Assembly (NCBI GenBank): GCA_964016885.1
Contig: OZ024752.1
Coordinates: forward strand, 39,928,001-39,992,000
Direction: 5' to 3'
Length of the DNA: 64,000 nucleotides
Source: Eledone cirrhosa
Taxonomy: Eukaryota
Shown here in pieces: positions 30,101 through 45,800 of this stretch. The stretch's first letter is position 1. Each line of letters opens with the position of its first letter. The notes beneath the pieces were generated by a model that was given only the letters and a program-made list of their open reading frames with translations, was not told the origin of the DNA and did not search any database. A program made the position numbers and the translations under genes.

Positions 30101-33100
30101 TCAACACTGCTTTCCTTCGACTGCAAGCTACCGATGCTGACAATGTAAGAAACATTTTCATTCTATAAGAATCTATCAATTTTAATTGAATATCAAAATT
30201 GCCTGTTTAAAACATTTCTTTTGATTGAATAAGGTGACTATTGAAATGCCCGTATTTATTACAGACTATATCAGCAATAATAATATTGACATAAAGTCAC
30301 AAATATTTCTCCTACCCAGTTATGAAATTTATGCTTCAAATCTAAATATTTTTTAATTATTATATTTTTTTTAACGTAACGAAAATTTTATTTTGTTATC
30401 TGTTATACATAAACATATTATGTCAACTATATTTTACAAACAGAAGTTATATAAGGATGGAAAAATAATTTTAAAAAAAGATAAAAACAAAAGTTATATA
30501 AGAATGGAAAAATAATTTTAAAAAAAGATAAAAACAAAAGTTATATAAGGATGGAAAAATAATTTTAAAAAAAGATAAAAACAAAATTAAGTAAGAAAAA
30601 AAGGAGGGAGCGAGTAAAGAAGAGCAGATCTGGCTGTATAGGAAAGTAGAAGAAAGGACTATAAATGCCATAAATGAGAGAAAAGGGAGGGAAAAAGACT
30701 ATTAGGCCATGGAAGAAAGAGAAAAGGAAGGAGAGATATACCCTGATAGCAAACATTTAATAGAAATACCCATTTGCTATTAATCCATTACCACACGTTA
30801 ACCCTTTCACCAGCTTATTTCTAATGAAAGACATCACTTATAGATGTCACTTATTTCATTCATCATACGCATATGGGAGAGGAGACTGAGGTGGTATGGA
30901 CATGTGATGCGCATGGAGGATGACCGATGGGTGAAGAAGTGCCAGGAATTGCCAGTTGAAGGAAGACGTGGTAGAGGTAGACCACGAAAAACATGGGCGG
31001 AGGTGGTGAGAACAGACCTCAGATCATTGAAGCTCACAGTGGAGATGACGAAGGACCATGACGAGTGGAGAGATGCTGTGCTGAATAAGACCCGTCCTAC
31101 CCTTGCAAGCAGGGAAAAGCGGACGTAAAATGATAATGATGATGATCACTGGTTTGCAGAGAATTTAAAATGAACTAATGGAGAATGGTGATAGTGATAG
31201 TGGTAGTGGTGGTATAATGAAGGCAGTGGTGATGGTGACATTTATCGTTGTCATAAGTAGAGAGTAACATAGAATTGATAAATGTGTCCAAACATGAAAG
31301 AGTCATACTCCCGCTGTCATTGTCTCCATCTCTCTCACCCTCCCCATCTCTTTGTATTATGAACAAATGGAGTTTCACATGCTGGCCACTTCATGGTCCC
31401 AGCGGACAGAATGGAGAAGGCGCTTTTAAATGATTTTGAAGAAAATTAAGAATTTAGAGGGATTTTGTAATATAAGTGGCATTTTTAATATTGAGTTAGT
31501 GTTTGAAATGCAACCTAAAGAAACTTACATAAAATTATGATGGAAGGTTTTTAGATAAATATAAATACTTTAAAAGGTGGCAATATAGAATATTTTGCAG
31601 TATTCATTTTGCCTCTCTGCTCTCTAATCCCGCTAATGTCAACTTTACCTTTCATCTATTCAAAGTCGATACAAAAAGTTCCATTCTAGTACTATATCTC
31701 TTCTCACTTCCATTTTCTCACTCTCTCTACTCTTCTATGGAAGAAATCTGCTGTATTCAGACCTGAAGAGGGATGTGCTCCGCCAGGTTTAAAATGTCCT
31801 AGAAATGCTGTATGTCAATATAGCACCCCACTTCTCTCAGGAGTTATGGGACCATGCATTAAAACACTTAAGCTAAACACCAGGGTTGATTTCAGGCAGT
31901 TTGGTATCAAAACGGCTAAATAAGCCTTTAATTTATTTTTATTGTTCTTATAACTTCTGATTTTTTAATTATATATTTCCTCTTTCATGTAGGACCCACT
32001 TGTTTATTCATTTGATACTGCTGACGTGCAAGTGAAGTCTTATATCAGCGTGAAATCCAATGGTGATGTTGTTTTGATTAAAGCCTTGACATTCAACAGT
32101 CCTAATAGTTTCAACGTAAGGACCTTTATACTATTTTTCACATTGTTTCTGTGCTTTTTTTTTTCCTCAACAAAACTTAGGTCTTTTCATTTCCTTTGAA
32201 ATTTTTCACCTGTTTAATGCTACAGAAACTGGACTTGATCTCCACTTCTGCTATTTGATTTTATAGTTGGATGTTCTCTCAATTGGAAATAGAATAAGTG
32301 GGACCTACAAACAGCTAGTGAGACTGAGACATAAAGAGTTATGTGTCCTTTTTATAGCTGTATGTCCTCTCAATTTTTAATCATCCAGTGAGGAGGAGGA
32401 AGCTGCACCCAACCCATGATCTTTGCAGGCCTTCTGAGAGTGGTGAGACCAGCATGATTGATGGCCAGCTGTGAAGACAATTTCTAGCTGATCTGAGTAC
32501 AAAACTTTCCCTTGGAAAGGATGCCAATCCATTGCAAGGTTAAACTCCCAGATAATGCTGTTGGTATTCATTTTCATCGGAGTATACTGGAACAATGTGA
32601 AATTAAGTACTCAGTCCAGGAATCTAACCCACAACATTATAATCACGGTAGAGAGTCGGACGCCATGCTTTTCAACATAGAGTTGCGGCAGTATGAGTTC
32701 AAATCTTTGCAGTATGAGTTCAAATCCCGCCGAGGTTAACTTTGCCTTTCATCCTTATGGGTTGATGAAATAAAGTACCAGTAATGTACTGGGTAATTGC
32801 TGGCCTTATGCCAAAAGTAGAAACAATTATGATCATGTCCAACACCCTTACCACTAGGCCACACAATATACTCCTCAGTCCAGGAATCGAACCTACGACA
32901 TTATAATCATGTCCAACACCCTTACCACTAGGCCACACAATATACTCCTCAGTCCAGGAATCGAACCCACAACATTATAATCATGTCCAACACCTTTACC
33001 ACTAGACCACACAATATACTCCTCAGTCCAGGAATCGAACCCACAACATTATAATCATGTCCAACACCCTTACCACTAGACCACACAATATACTCCTCAG

Positions 33101-36100
33101 TCCAGGAATCGAACCCACAACATTATAATCATGTCCAACACCCTTACCACTAGACCACACAACATACTCCTCAGTCCAGGAATCGAACCCACAACATTAT
33201 AATCATGTCCAACACCCTTACCACTAGACCACACAACATACTCCTCAGTCCAGGAATCGAACCCACAACATTATAATCATGTCCAACACCCTTACCACTA
33301 GACCACACAATATACTCCTCAGTCCAGGAATCGAACCCACAACATTATAATCATGTCCAACACCCTTACCACTAGGCCACACAATATACTCCTCAGTCCA
33401 GGAATCGAACCCACAACATTATAATCATGTCCAACACCCTTACCACTAGACCACACAATATACTCCTCAGTCCAGGAATCGAACCCACAACATTATAATC
33501 ATGTCCAACACCCTTACCACTAGACCACACAACATACGCCTCAGTCCAGGAATCGAACCCACAACATTATGATTGTATGTCCAACACCCTTACCACTAGG
33601 CCACACAATATACTCCTCAGTCCAGGAATCGAACCCACGACATTATAATCATGTCCAACACCTTTACCACTAGGCCACACAATATACTCCTCAGTCCAGG
33701 AATCGAACCCACGACATTATAATCATGTCCAACACCTTTACCACTAGACCACACAATATACTCCTCAGTCCAGGAATCGAACCCACGACATTATGATTGT
33801 ATGGTTGTAAGTCCAACACCCTTACCACTAAGCCACTTGCTTCCATCAACGTATCAATAGTATTTTGTAATTTTTTTTTTTTTTTTTTCCACTTTCAGTT
33901 CCAGGTACAAGTTGTTGATACCAGCAACCCTCCTAACAAAGACACCACTACAGTGAGAGTTATTGTGAACAAAATCTTACAGCCACCTGTGTTTGGCAAT
34001 GCTTTATATGATATAGCTATAAAAGTTAATACTCCAGTTCAAACGAGTGTGTTCACAGCTCTAGCTACCGATCCCAGTAACCAGGTAAGAATGATCCACT
34101 GCCTACTACATTTTTGCATTTTTTGTTTGTAAGCAAAATTTATAAATTACACATATCTCTAATTTAATACATACACACTCACTCACACACACATACAGGC
34201 ACACACAATACATGCACATGTGGCACACATATACACACACACACACACACTCACACACACACTCACACACACATACATACAGGCACACACATACATGCAC
34301 ATGTGGCACACACATACGCACACACACACACACATACATACAGGCACACACATACATGCACATGTGGCACACACATACACACACACACTCACACACACAC
34401 ATGCATACAGGCACACACATACATGCACATGTGGCACACACATACACACACTCACACACACATACATACAGGCACACACATACATGCACATGTGACACAC
34501 ACATACACACACTCAGGCACACACATACATACAGGCACACACATACATGCACATGTGGCACACACATACACACACACACACATACATACAGGCACACACA
34601 TACATGCACATGTGGCACACACACACACACACACACATACACACACATACATGCACATGTGGCACACACATACACACACACACACATACATACAGGCACA
34701 CACATGCATGCACATGTGGCACACACACACACACACACACACATACACACACATACATGCACATGTGGCACACACATACACACACACACTCACACACACA
34801 CATACATACAGGCACACACATACATGCACATGTGACACACACATACACACACTCACACACACACATACATACAGGCACACACATACATGCACATGTGGCA
34901 CACACATACATACAGGCACACACATACATGCACATGTGGCACACACACACACACACACATACATACAGGCACACACATACATGCACATGTGACACACACA
35001 TACACACACTCACACACATACACACAGGCAAACACACACACTCACACACACACATACATACAGGCACACACACACATGCACATGTGGCACACACATACAC
35101 ACACACACACACTCACACACACATACATACAGACACACACACACACATGCACATGTGGCACACACACACACACACACACAAACACAAACACATACAGGCA
35201 CACATGCGCTCATACACATACACACACACACATACACAGATACACATACAGGCACACATGCATAAACATACACACATACATATACACATGCACACACACA
35301 CACATATGCATGTGTGTGTGTTGTATTTTTTATTATTTCATGTAATTGGGCGGTGCATAGGCAGTATCGGTAGAGGGTTAGATTCTATGCTTTGCAGCAT
35401 AGAGTTACGGCCCTGTACGGTATGAGTTCAAATCCCACCGAGGTTAACTTTGCCTTTCATCCTTATAGGGTCAATAAAATAAAGTACCAGTCACGCACTG
35501 GGGTCCATTTAAGCAACTTTCCCCTCTCCCAAAATTGGTGGCCTTGTACCTTTATAAGGAACCATTAGTTCATGTAAGTATCAGTACCAGTAATACACTG
35601 AGTAATTGCTGACCTTGTGCCTAACGTAGAAACAATTATTTCATGTAAGTATATATATATATATATGTGGAGGCACATGGCTTAGTGGTTAGAGCATTGG
35701 GCTTGAAATCGAAAGGTTGTGAGTTCAATTCTCAGACCGGGTGATGTGTTGTTTCCTTGAGCAAGGCACTTTATTTCACATTGCTCCAGTTTACTCAGCT
35801 GTAGAAATGAGATGATAGGGACAGGGGTCCATATCATTCCACTGCAAAGTGGTCGTGGAGGTGCCACAGCAAAAAAAACACCCAGCACTCACTGTAAATG
35901 AGGTTGGTGTTAGGAAGGGCATCCAGCTGTAGAAATCAAGCCAGAATCAGTTCCCGTCCCACCCTTGCAAGCAAGGAAAAAGCGGACATAAAATGATGAT
36001 GATGATGATGATATATATATACATTATTACTTTGCAGGATCAAGTTGAGTATAATATTTCTGGTACAATTATTGGAGAGAGATACTTTGGTATTTTCCAA

Positions 36101-39100
36101 AATAATGGCATAGTCTATGTGAAGAAAGCACTGAATTCACTTCAAGAAAAGAAGCCCGTTCTTGTGGTAAGTTTTGCTGTCTACTCTTCTAATAATAACG
36201 ATAATAATAATGAAATTATTGTGTACAGTGCTCAGGTGCACTACAACTCACCAAAGGTGCATGTATAGTACATAGAATAATATTCGAATGTCAGGAAAAT
36301 AAACAGTGTATGAGTCATGAAATACATGTGTGCGTGTGTATGGGGGGAGGGACATCAGGTGTAGTGTTGGTGAATCTCAGGAAGCATGGAGGTTTTAAAG
36401 GATGCAGTGTCCCGGCAGCTAACAACTGATGCAGGTAGTTTGTTCCATGGAGGTTTTAAAGGATGTAGTGTCTCGACAGCTAACAACCGATGCAGGTAGT
36501 TTGTTCCATGGAGGTTTTAAAGGATGTAGTGTCTCGACAGCTAACAACTGATGCAGGTAGTTTGTTCCATGGAGGTTTTAAAGGATGTAGTGTCTCGACA
36601 GCTAACAACTGATGCAGGTAGTTTGTTCCATGGAGGTTTTAAAGGATGCAGTGTCCCGGCAGCTAACAACTGATGCAGGTAGTTTGTTCCATGGAGGTTT
36701 TAAAGGATGTAGTGTCTCGACAGCTAACAACTGATGCAGGTAGTTTGTTCCATGGAGGTTTTAAAGGATGCAGTGTCCTGGCAGCTAACAACTGATGCAG
36801 GTAGTTTGTTCCATGGAGGTTTTAAAGGATGCAGTGTCTTGACAGCTAACAACTGATGCAGGTAGTTTGTTCCATGGAGTTTTTAAAGGATGCAGTGTCT
36901 CGACAGCTAACAACTGATGCAGGCAGTTTGTTCCATGGAGGTTTAAAAGGATGCAGTGTCTCGACAGCTAACAACTGATGCAGGCAGTTTGTTCCATGGA
37001 GGTTTAAAAGGATGCAGTGTCCCGGCAGCTAACAACTGATGCAGGTAGTTTGTTCCATGGAGGTTTTAAAGGATGCAGTGTCTCGACAGCTAACAACTGA
37101 TGCAGGTAGTTTGTTCCATGGAGGTTTAAAAGGATGCAGTGTCCCGGCAGCTAACAACTGATGCTGGCAGTTTGTTCTATGCTTCAGCAACTCTGAACGT
37201 GAAAAAATGTTTCCAAAAGTCATGGGAGCTGTGCTGTTTTCTGACTTTGTAGGCATGCCCACGTGTGTTAGACACATGGAGATCAAAAAGGAGTACAGGG
37301 TTGTTGTTTCTACTCCTTTAAAATCCACTAGTCAAAGCTCTTTAGTAATTGTTCACATCTTCACTGTAACTGCCCCCTATTTCATCTGAGATCACCCCCG
37401 CTACAGTCACACATCACCCTTTCTAATCCTATCACATATGACAAACACCTAAGACATATTTTCTCACTCCCTTTCTCTCCTACATCACCCCTTTAAACCC
37501 CCACAATACTTGTTTTACACCCATATCAAACTCAATCCTGCTTCCCACCTGTTATCACTTACCATTCTTCTTACGAACATTAATCAATATACACTGATGA
37601 TGAAGCACTCAAGAGCTGTACGGGAGCCTCCCAAAAGTCAGCTCAAAAGTAACACAGAGGAGATTGAGGTTAACTGGACATGCTCACCGACATTCAGAGT
37701 TGACACTGCATTCAGTGTTCCTGTGGAAGCCCCTACACGGACACTAAAAGAGGGAGACCAAGGTTGACATATCTTGATGCCCTAAGGACAGACACAGGTC
37801 TCTTGGAGACACAGGACATGGCGGCAATGATGAAGGACAGAGACCGCTGGACAGAACTCGTCCATGGATCTCGGGAATTTTACCTGCCCTAGATAGATTC
37901 TTCTTCTTCTTTGCTCTTGCTCAATGAGACTGGGGTCATCCTAGGTTAGTGTTTCCAAAGGCATCATTGTGTGTAGAGCTGACCAGGTCCACAAATACCC
38001 TCTATCACTGGTGGTCCCGGGCCAGCCCCGCTGCATCCTCCAAGGTGACATCCAGCCTCTGGAGATCTTCGTCGGACGCCATGCTTTCCAGCATAGTTAT
38101 GTCCCTTTACGGTCTGAGTTCAAATCCTGCTGAAGTCAACTTTACCTTTCACCTTTACGGGGTCGATAAAATAAAGTACCAGTAATGCACTGGGATAATT
38201 GCTGGCCTTGTGCCAAAAGTAGAAACAATTATTACGGGGTCGATAAAATAAAGTACCAGTAATGCACTGGGATAATTGCTGGCCTTGTGCCAAAAGTAGA
38301 AACAATTATTACGGGGTCGATAAAATAAAGTACCAGTAATGCACTGGGATAATTGCTGGCCTTGTGCCAAAAGTAGAAACAATTATTTATTATCATTAAT
38401 TGTCTTTCTCTGTAAATTTCAGGTCTTAATAAAAGCTTACTTAAAAACAAATCCTAGCATGCAAGCAGTTTTTCCTCTCACTGTAACAGTACTCAAGAAC
38501 ATTAATAAACCAGTTTTCACACCAGCTTCTCCATATCAAGCGACTGTCTTTGATTATGATGCAGTTGGTACCTTTGTTTTTAATGTAAATGCAACGGACG
38601 CTGACAATACGGTAACTCATGTTTACATATTTTTTTTTAATTTAATCTTATATTTGAGGTGTAGTATTCTTAAAGAATAACATATTTTTAGTAATTCATT
38701 TTTTTTTTTTTTTTTTGTAATTTACTCTGGCTGAGGCCATGCTGGGGCATCAATAAATTTCCAGAATAGTGAATGTCTGTGGGTATTTCAAAGAGGTCAA
38801 CTTGGAAAAACATTGCAGTGTCAGACAAAATGCCTTGTGATCTTTATTTCAACTCTGCCTATTCTGAATTTAAATCCTGACATGGTCAACTTTGTCTTGC
38901 ATTCTTCAGTTGTTAATAGAGTACCATTCTAAGAAAAATGTGGACTGTCAGAATTGTGGTAGTGTTGGGTACGATACCTTGTGGTATTTGTTCCAGCTCT
39001 TTCCATTCTGGTGTTCCAGCTATGATTGCTTTGTCCTTCTCTCAGGGATTGCATATCTAGGACTACATTATCTAATGTTGCTCTCAACTTTTTAAAGTGG

Positions 39101-42100
39101 TAGACGGTAGTTGAGGGAGATTTGGCTGCTATTTCTTGCAGATTGAGTAAACTGAAGGAGTACTATCATTACCTTGTCCTTCTCTCAAGGATTTCATATC
39201 TAGGACTACATTATCTAATGTTGCTCTCAACTTTTCAAAGCGGTAGATGGTAGTTGAGGAAGATTTGGCTGTTATTTCTTGCAGATTGAGTAAACTGAAG
39301 GAGTATTCTTCATTGGTTCATGCACTATATGCTGAATATGTGAACAGAAGCAATTGGATTGGCAGTATCGGTAGAGGGTCGGACGCCATGCTTTCCAGCA
39401 TAGTTACGTCCCTTTACGATCTGAGTTCAAATCCCGCCGAGGTTGACTTTGCCTTACATCCTTACGGGGTCGATAAAATAAAGTACCAGTAATGCACTGG
39501 GTATTTGCTGGCCTTGTGCCTAAAGTAGAAACAATTATTTTTATTTTATCTAACTGTCTCTTAAAGTCCATTTCTGTTTTTCCTCCACAGTTTCCTGAAA
39601 ACAAGGTTTATTACAGTTTACAGGGAGGAAAATCTTCACCCTATTTTATTATCAACCCAGATACAGGAGTAATAACCATTGCAAAACCGTTATCAGAAGA
39701 TATATCTCAGCTTCCTGAATATAAAGTAAGTGTATTTCAGATTACTCTCATTTTTTGAAACAGGATTCCTTCATCATCATCATCATCATCACTGTTTTAC
39801 GTCTTCTGTTCTTCCATGCTAGCATGGGTTAGACGGGTTGTCCTGTTGTGGGCAGTGTGTGGTCGGCTCACCATGTCTTGCTCATACAGGAACTGGTTCT
39901 GGCTTGATTGCTACAGCTGGATGCCCTTCCTAACACCAACCTCATTTACAGTGAGTGCTGGGTGCTTTTTTTCCGTGGCGCCTACACGTCTACTATACAG
40001 TGTGGACTGGGTGCTTTTTTGTCGTGGCACCTCCACGACCACTTTTCAGTGGTAGGGGGTGGGGGCATATTGTCTATATGCTTCAGCTTCGAAATTAATA
40101 ATTTTAGTAAATCCCTCAAAATTCTTCATTAATTAATTAAAATAGGGCGGTGGATTGGCAGTATCGGTAGAGGGTCGGACGCCATGCTTTGACGCATAGA
40201 GTTACGGCCCTTGCCATTCTGAGTTCAAATCCCGCCGGGGTTAACTTTGCCTTTCATCCTTATGAGGTTGATAAAATAAAGTACCAGTAATACACTGGGT
40301 AATTGCTGGCCTTGTGCCAAAAGTAGAAACAATTAATTAATTAAAATAGAGAGTATTTCATTAATGTGATCATGACAGGGTTAAATTATTATCTTAGTAA
40401 TGAAATAATTAATAATTTTAGTAAATCCTTCGAAATTCCTCCTTAATTAATTAAAATAGGGAGTATTTAATTAATGTGGTCATGACAGGGTTAAATTGAA
40501 GTGCAACATCTTTTATGTGCTATGATCTAATATTCTTTAATGCAGAATGGTAAGGATAATTCACTGCAACCTACTTATTGGTCTCAATATTCACCAGTAT
40601 GTAGACAGTTTGTACACTATCTCAGCTTTGTTTTTCAGGTTTAACAAATTAACCTCACATTTTTTATCCATAACAATATCATATTTAACCCTTTAGCATT
40701 TAAACAGGCTATATCCAGCCAAGATTCTCTCACCTCTTTCTGTTCAAACTGGCTGTAACCAGCTACTCATATTTATGTTAAGGTATTGTTCTCAAAATAA
40801 CTAATATCAAAATCTCAAAGATTTGATATTATGTGAGTGAATGACCAAGCATAGACGAGTTGAGAGAGAAGCTGTGTATAAAAGGGATAAGATGTAGTGT
40901 GCGGGAGAGAAGACTGTGTTGGTATGGACATGTGATTTACATGGAGTATGACCGCTGGGTAAAGAAGTGCCAAGAAATCCCAGTAGAAGGAAGACGCATT
41001 AGAGGAAGATGCACAAAAATCATGGGCGGAGGTGGTGAGAGCTGACCTCAGATCGCTGAAGCTCACAGAGGAGATGACGAAGGACTGTGATGAATGAAGA
41101 GATGCTGAATAGGACCTGTCCCACCCTTGCAAGCAGGGAAAAGTGGACGTAAAATGATGATGATAATGATGGTGATGTGAGATAATTATATGAAATAAAG
41201 TGTTTATGGTGAAAATACAATAGTAAATATAGAATAATGTAAATACTAAAGGGTTAAACTAGAAATGTTTTCGAGGTAGTCCATATTAAAACACAAGCAA
41301 GGATTTCTCTCTGTTTAGTAGCTGAGACACCACTCCAAAAAAGAAAAAAAACCTTTAACCTTTTAGCATTTACATTACTTTACATATACTATTGTATTTT
41401 CTCAGTAAAGACTTTATCTTACATAATATCTCACATAATATTGAATCTATGAGATTTTGGAATTATTTATTTTGAGAACAATACCTTAACCTAAGTATGA
41501 GTGGCTAGTTACAGCCAATTTGAACAGAAAGAGGTGAGGGAATTCTGGCTGGTTATGGCCGGTTTTTTAAATAAAAACCTTAAACATTAAAGTATGATTT
41601 CACATGTCTTGCTTCTCCAGGGCTAATAAAATTACATCATGTATATTACCCAACACCACCATCCACATCAGTGAAATTACTGCCATTTTAAAAATACTAA
41701 GGTTTCCCTGCTTGAGCCTATACAAACAACAAAATCTAGTATTTTCTTTAGTATTCATGTATGTTGATCAAACCTCCTCTTCTCTCTTCCACCAGTTTAA
41801 CATAATTGCTAATGACCAAGGAGACCCTCAGAGTAAATCCACTGCAGAAATGATTGTCAGAGTGCTCAGGAATAAAAATGCACCACAATTTAGCAAAGCT
41901 ACCTATGAAATAACTATAAATGCTACAATGCCAATCTTTAATAACATTTACCAAGTCATTGCCACTGATTCTGATACTGTAAGTTAATTCAAACATTTCA
42001 TTTATTTTCTCTCTTTGTTTTTGTTTTGTCTTGTTTGTTTTTTTTTTGTTTTTTTTTTTGTTAGGCGGGGGGGGTTGTTTTTTGTTTTTTCGTGCATGCA

Positions 42101-42315
42101 GGGGCCCGCGACTCCTGAGGGAGTTGTAAGGCTGCCACATTGACATGCAGCATTTCTTGTTATTCCGTTGTATTGAAAATAGATTAAAATGTATTCAAAT
42201 TTATGCATTTTCCATCAATTCAGGAGTAAATTTTTAAAAAGAAGTTTTAAACTGATAAACAAACAAGATGAAAATAGTCTTACACACACACAGACAGACA
42301 CACACACACAGACAG

Positions 42316-42390
<75 letters not shown>

Positions 42391-42444
42391 GAGACACACA
42401 CACAGAGACACACACACAGACACACACACAGACACACACACACA

Positions 42445-42489
<45 letters not shown>

Positions 42490-42570
42490 ACACACACACA
42501 CACACAGACAGACACACACACACACACACACATACACACACACACACATACACACACACACACAGACACA

Positions 42571-42610
<40 letters not shown>

Positions 42611-42845
42611 GACACACACACACACATACACACACACACACACAGACACACACACAGACACACACACACACACACACACAGACACACACACACACACACA
42701 GACACACACACACACACAGACACACACACAGACACACACACACACAGACAGACACACACACACACTGACACAGACACACACACACACAGACACAAACACA
42801 CACATACACACACACACACACAGACACACACACACACACACACAG

Positions 42846-42877
<32 letters not shown>

Positions 42878-45800
42878 ACACACACATACACACATACACA
42901 CACACAGAGACACAGACACACACACAGACATACACACACAGACACACACACACAGACACACACACACAGATACATGCATACAGACACACACACACAGATA
43001 CATGCATACAGACACACACAGACACACACACAGACACATACACACATGCGTACAGATAAATACAGACACACATGCACATACACACAGGCACACACACACA
43101 GACACACACACACACACACAGACACACACACACTCAGACAGACACACATACACAGACCACAGACACATACATACATGCGTACAGATAAATACAGACGCGC
43201 ATACACACATACACACAGGCACACACACAGACACACACAGACACACACACACACACACTCAGACAGACACACATACACAGATGTGTACAGATAAATACAG
43301 ACACACATGCACATACACACAGGCACACACACACACAGATACACACAGACACACACACACTCAGACAGACACACATACACACATGCGTACAGATAAATAT
43401 AGACACACATGCACATACACACATGCACACACACACAGACACACACAGGCACACACAGACACACACACACACTCAGACAGACACACATACACACATGCGT
43501 ACAGATAAATACAGACACACATGCACATACACACATACACACACGCACGCACATACACATACACACACACACGCACATACACAGACACACATACACACAC
43601 ACGCACACACACACATACACACACACACACGCACATACACAGACACACATACACACACACGCACATACACACATACACACGCACGCACATACACACATAC
43701 ACACACACACACGCACATACACAGACACACATACACACAGACAAATGCATGCATAGGGTACTATAGGGTAAAAGTATGGGCTAATGCATATTTCAATATT
43801 TGGTTGTGTTCTAGGGTAAAAATGGCAAAATTCAATATAGTATAACTGGTCCAGAGGAATCCAAGAAGTTTTTTGGAATCAACTCAACAACTGGTATAAT
43901 TTACATTCGAAGTAGCCTAGTTGGAGTTAATCGAAACAAATATACGGTAAATATGAATACTATTTTTTTTTTAGTACTAAATCCATTATTTTAATATATA
44001 AGGTGTCAATCATCATCATCATCATCATCATCATCATTTTACGTCCGCTTTTTCCCTGCTTGCAAGGGTGGGACGGGAACTGATTCTGGCTTGATTTCTA
44101 CAGCTGGACGCCCTTCTTAACACCAACCTCATTTACAGTGAGTGCTGGATGCCCTTCTTAACACCAACCTCATTTACAGTGAGTGCTGGGTGCTTTTTTT
44201 GCCGTGGCACCTCCACGACCACTTTGCAGTGGAATGATAGGGACCCCAGTCGCTATCATCTCATTTCTACAGCTGAGTAAACTGGAGCAATGTGAAATAA
44301 AGTGTCTTGCTCAAGGAAACAACACATCACCCGGTCTGAGAATTGAACTCACAACCTTTTGATTGCAAGGCCAATGCTCTAACCATTAAGCCATATGCCT
44401 CCAAGGTGTATTAAAAAGAATTATCTGATTTACATGCATAAAAGGAACGATCGACTTTCGTCAAATCGGACCGAGGAAACAATGTTTCCATTGGTCTTTC
44501 CAATTGCTAGTACTATCTATCGGTCGCAACTCCAGGTAGAAGGAGCAACGTGAAATAAAGTGTCTTGCTCAAGGACATAACACATTGCCCGGTCCAGGCA
44601 TCAAACTTACAACTCAAGATTGTGAATCCAATTCTCTAACCACTCAGCCACACACCTTACATACATATAAAGATATAATTGTTTCTACTTTTGGCACAAG
44701 GCCAGCAATTACCCAGTACATTACTGGTATTTTATTTTATTGATCCCGTAAGGATGAAAGGCAAAGTTAACCTCGATGGGATTTGAACTCAGACCATAAA
44801 GGGATGTAATTATGCTAGAAAGCATGGCGTCCAACCCTCTACTGATACTGCCAATTCACCGCCCTTGTAATGATATAATGATGAAGTGAAAAAAGTTGAC
44901 TATGCCCAATTACACCTCCCAAAGGACCAAGACTTCTGGTGTTATGCAGTAATACAGAAGACCTAACTTCCCACGGACACAGGTCGAAGCTGAAGCATAT
45001 ATACAGTAAGCAACACCCCCATCCCACCCTACCATACATCTCTTATGAGAACAGGCTGAAACACTGTAAAGTGGTAGTGATAGTGACACAGTAAAAAGAA
45101 CCCAGTCCACACTGTAAAATGGTCCTGTTGGTGTCACAACAAAAAGCACCCAGTCTACACTGTAAAATAGTCCTGTTTGTGTCACAACAAAAAGCACCCA
45201 GTCTACACTGTAAAATGGTCCTGTTGGTGTCACAACAAAAAGCACCCAGTCCACACTGTAAAATGGTCCTGTTGGTGTCACAACAAAAAGCACCCAGTCC
45301 ACACTGTAAAATGGTCCTGTTGGTCTCACATCTTAAAGCACCCAGTCTACACTGTAAAATGGTCCTGTTGGTGTCACAACAAAAAGCACCCAGTCCACAC
45401 TGTAAAATGATCCTGTTGGTGTCACAACAAAAAGCACCCAGTCTACACTGTAAAATAGTCCTGTTGGTGTCACTACAAAAAGCACCCAGCCCACACTGTA
45501 AAATAGTCCTGTTGGTGTCACAACAAAAAGCACCCAGTCCACACTGTAAAATGATCCTGTTGGTGTCACAACAAAAAGCACCCAGTCTACACTGTAAAAT
45601 AGTCCTGTTGGTGTCACTACAAAAAGCACCCAGCCCACACTGTAAAATAGTCATGTTGGTGTCACAACAAAAAGCACCCAGTCTACACTGTAAAATGGTC
45701 ATGTTGGTGTCACAACAAAAAGCACCCAGTCAACACTGTAAAATAGTCCTGTTTGTGTCACAACATAAAGCACCCATTCTACACTGTAAAATGGTCCTGT

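Noticed and set aside
32832-33830. CRISPR-like or true tRNA gene array
   Set aside because: No unique spacers, eukaryotic context; units lack a convincing acceptor stem and continue a SINE remnant at 32500-32650
33899-33904. Tandem in-frame acceptor at exon 15
   Set aside because: Would delete two F-strand residues; common chance motif with no evidence of use
37594-37622. CTGATGA after a pyrimidine-rich tract
   Set aside because: Possible truncated hammerhead 5' half but no GAAA or stems I/III; joined to an RTE-like fragment
42189-43845. Long HT/CV-rich ORFs (also 34106-35425, 11467-12053, 3421-4585)
   Set aside because: Translations of (CA)n, (TA)n and (CT)n microsatellites
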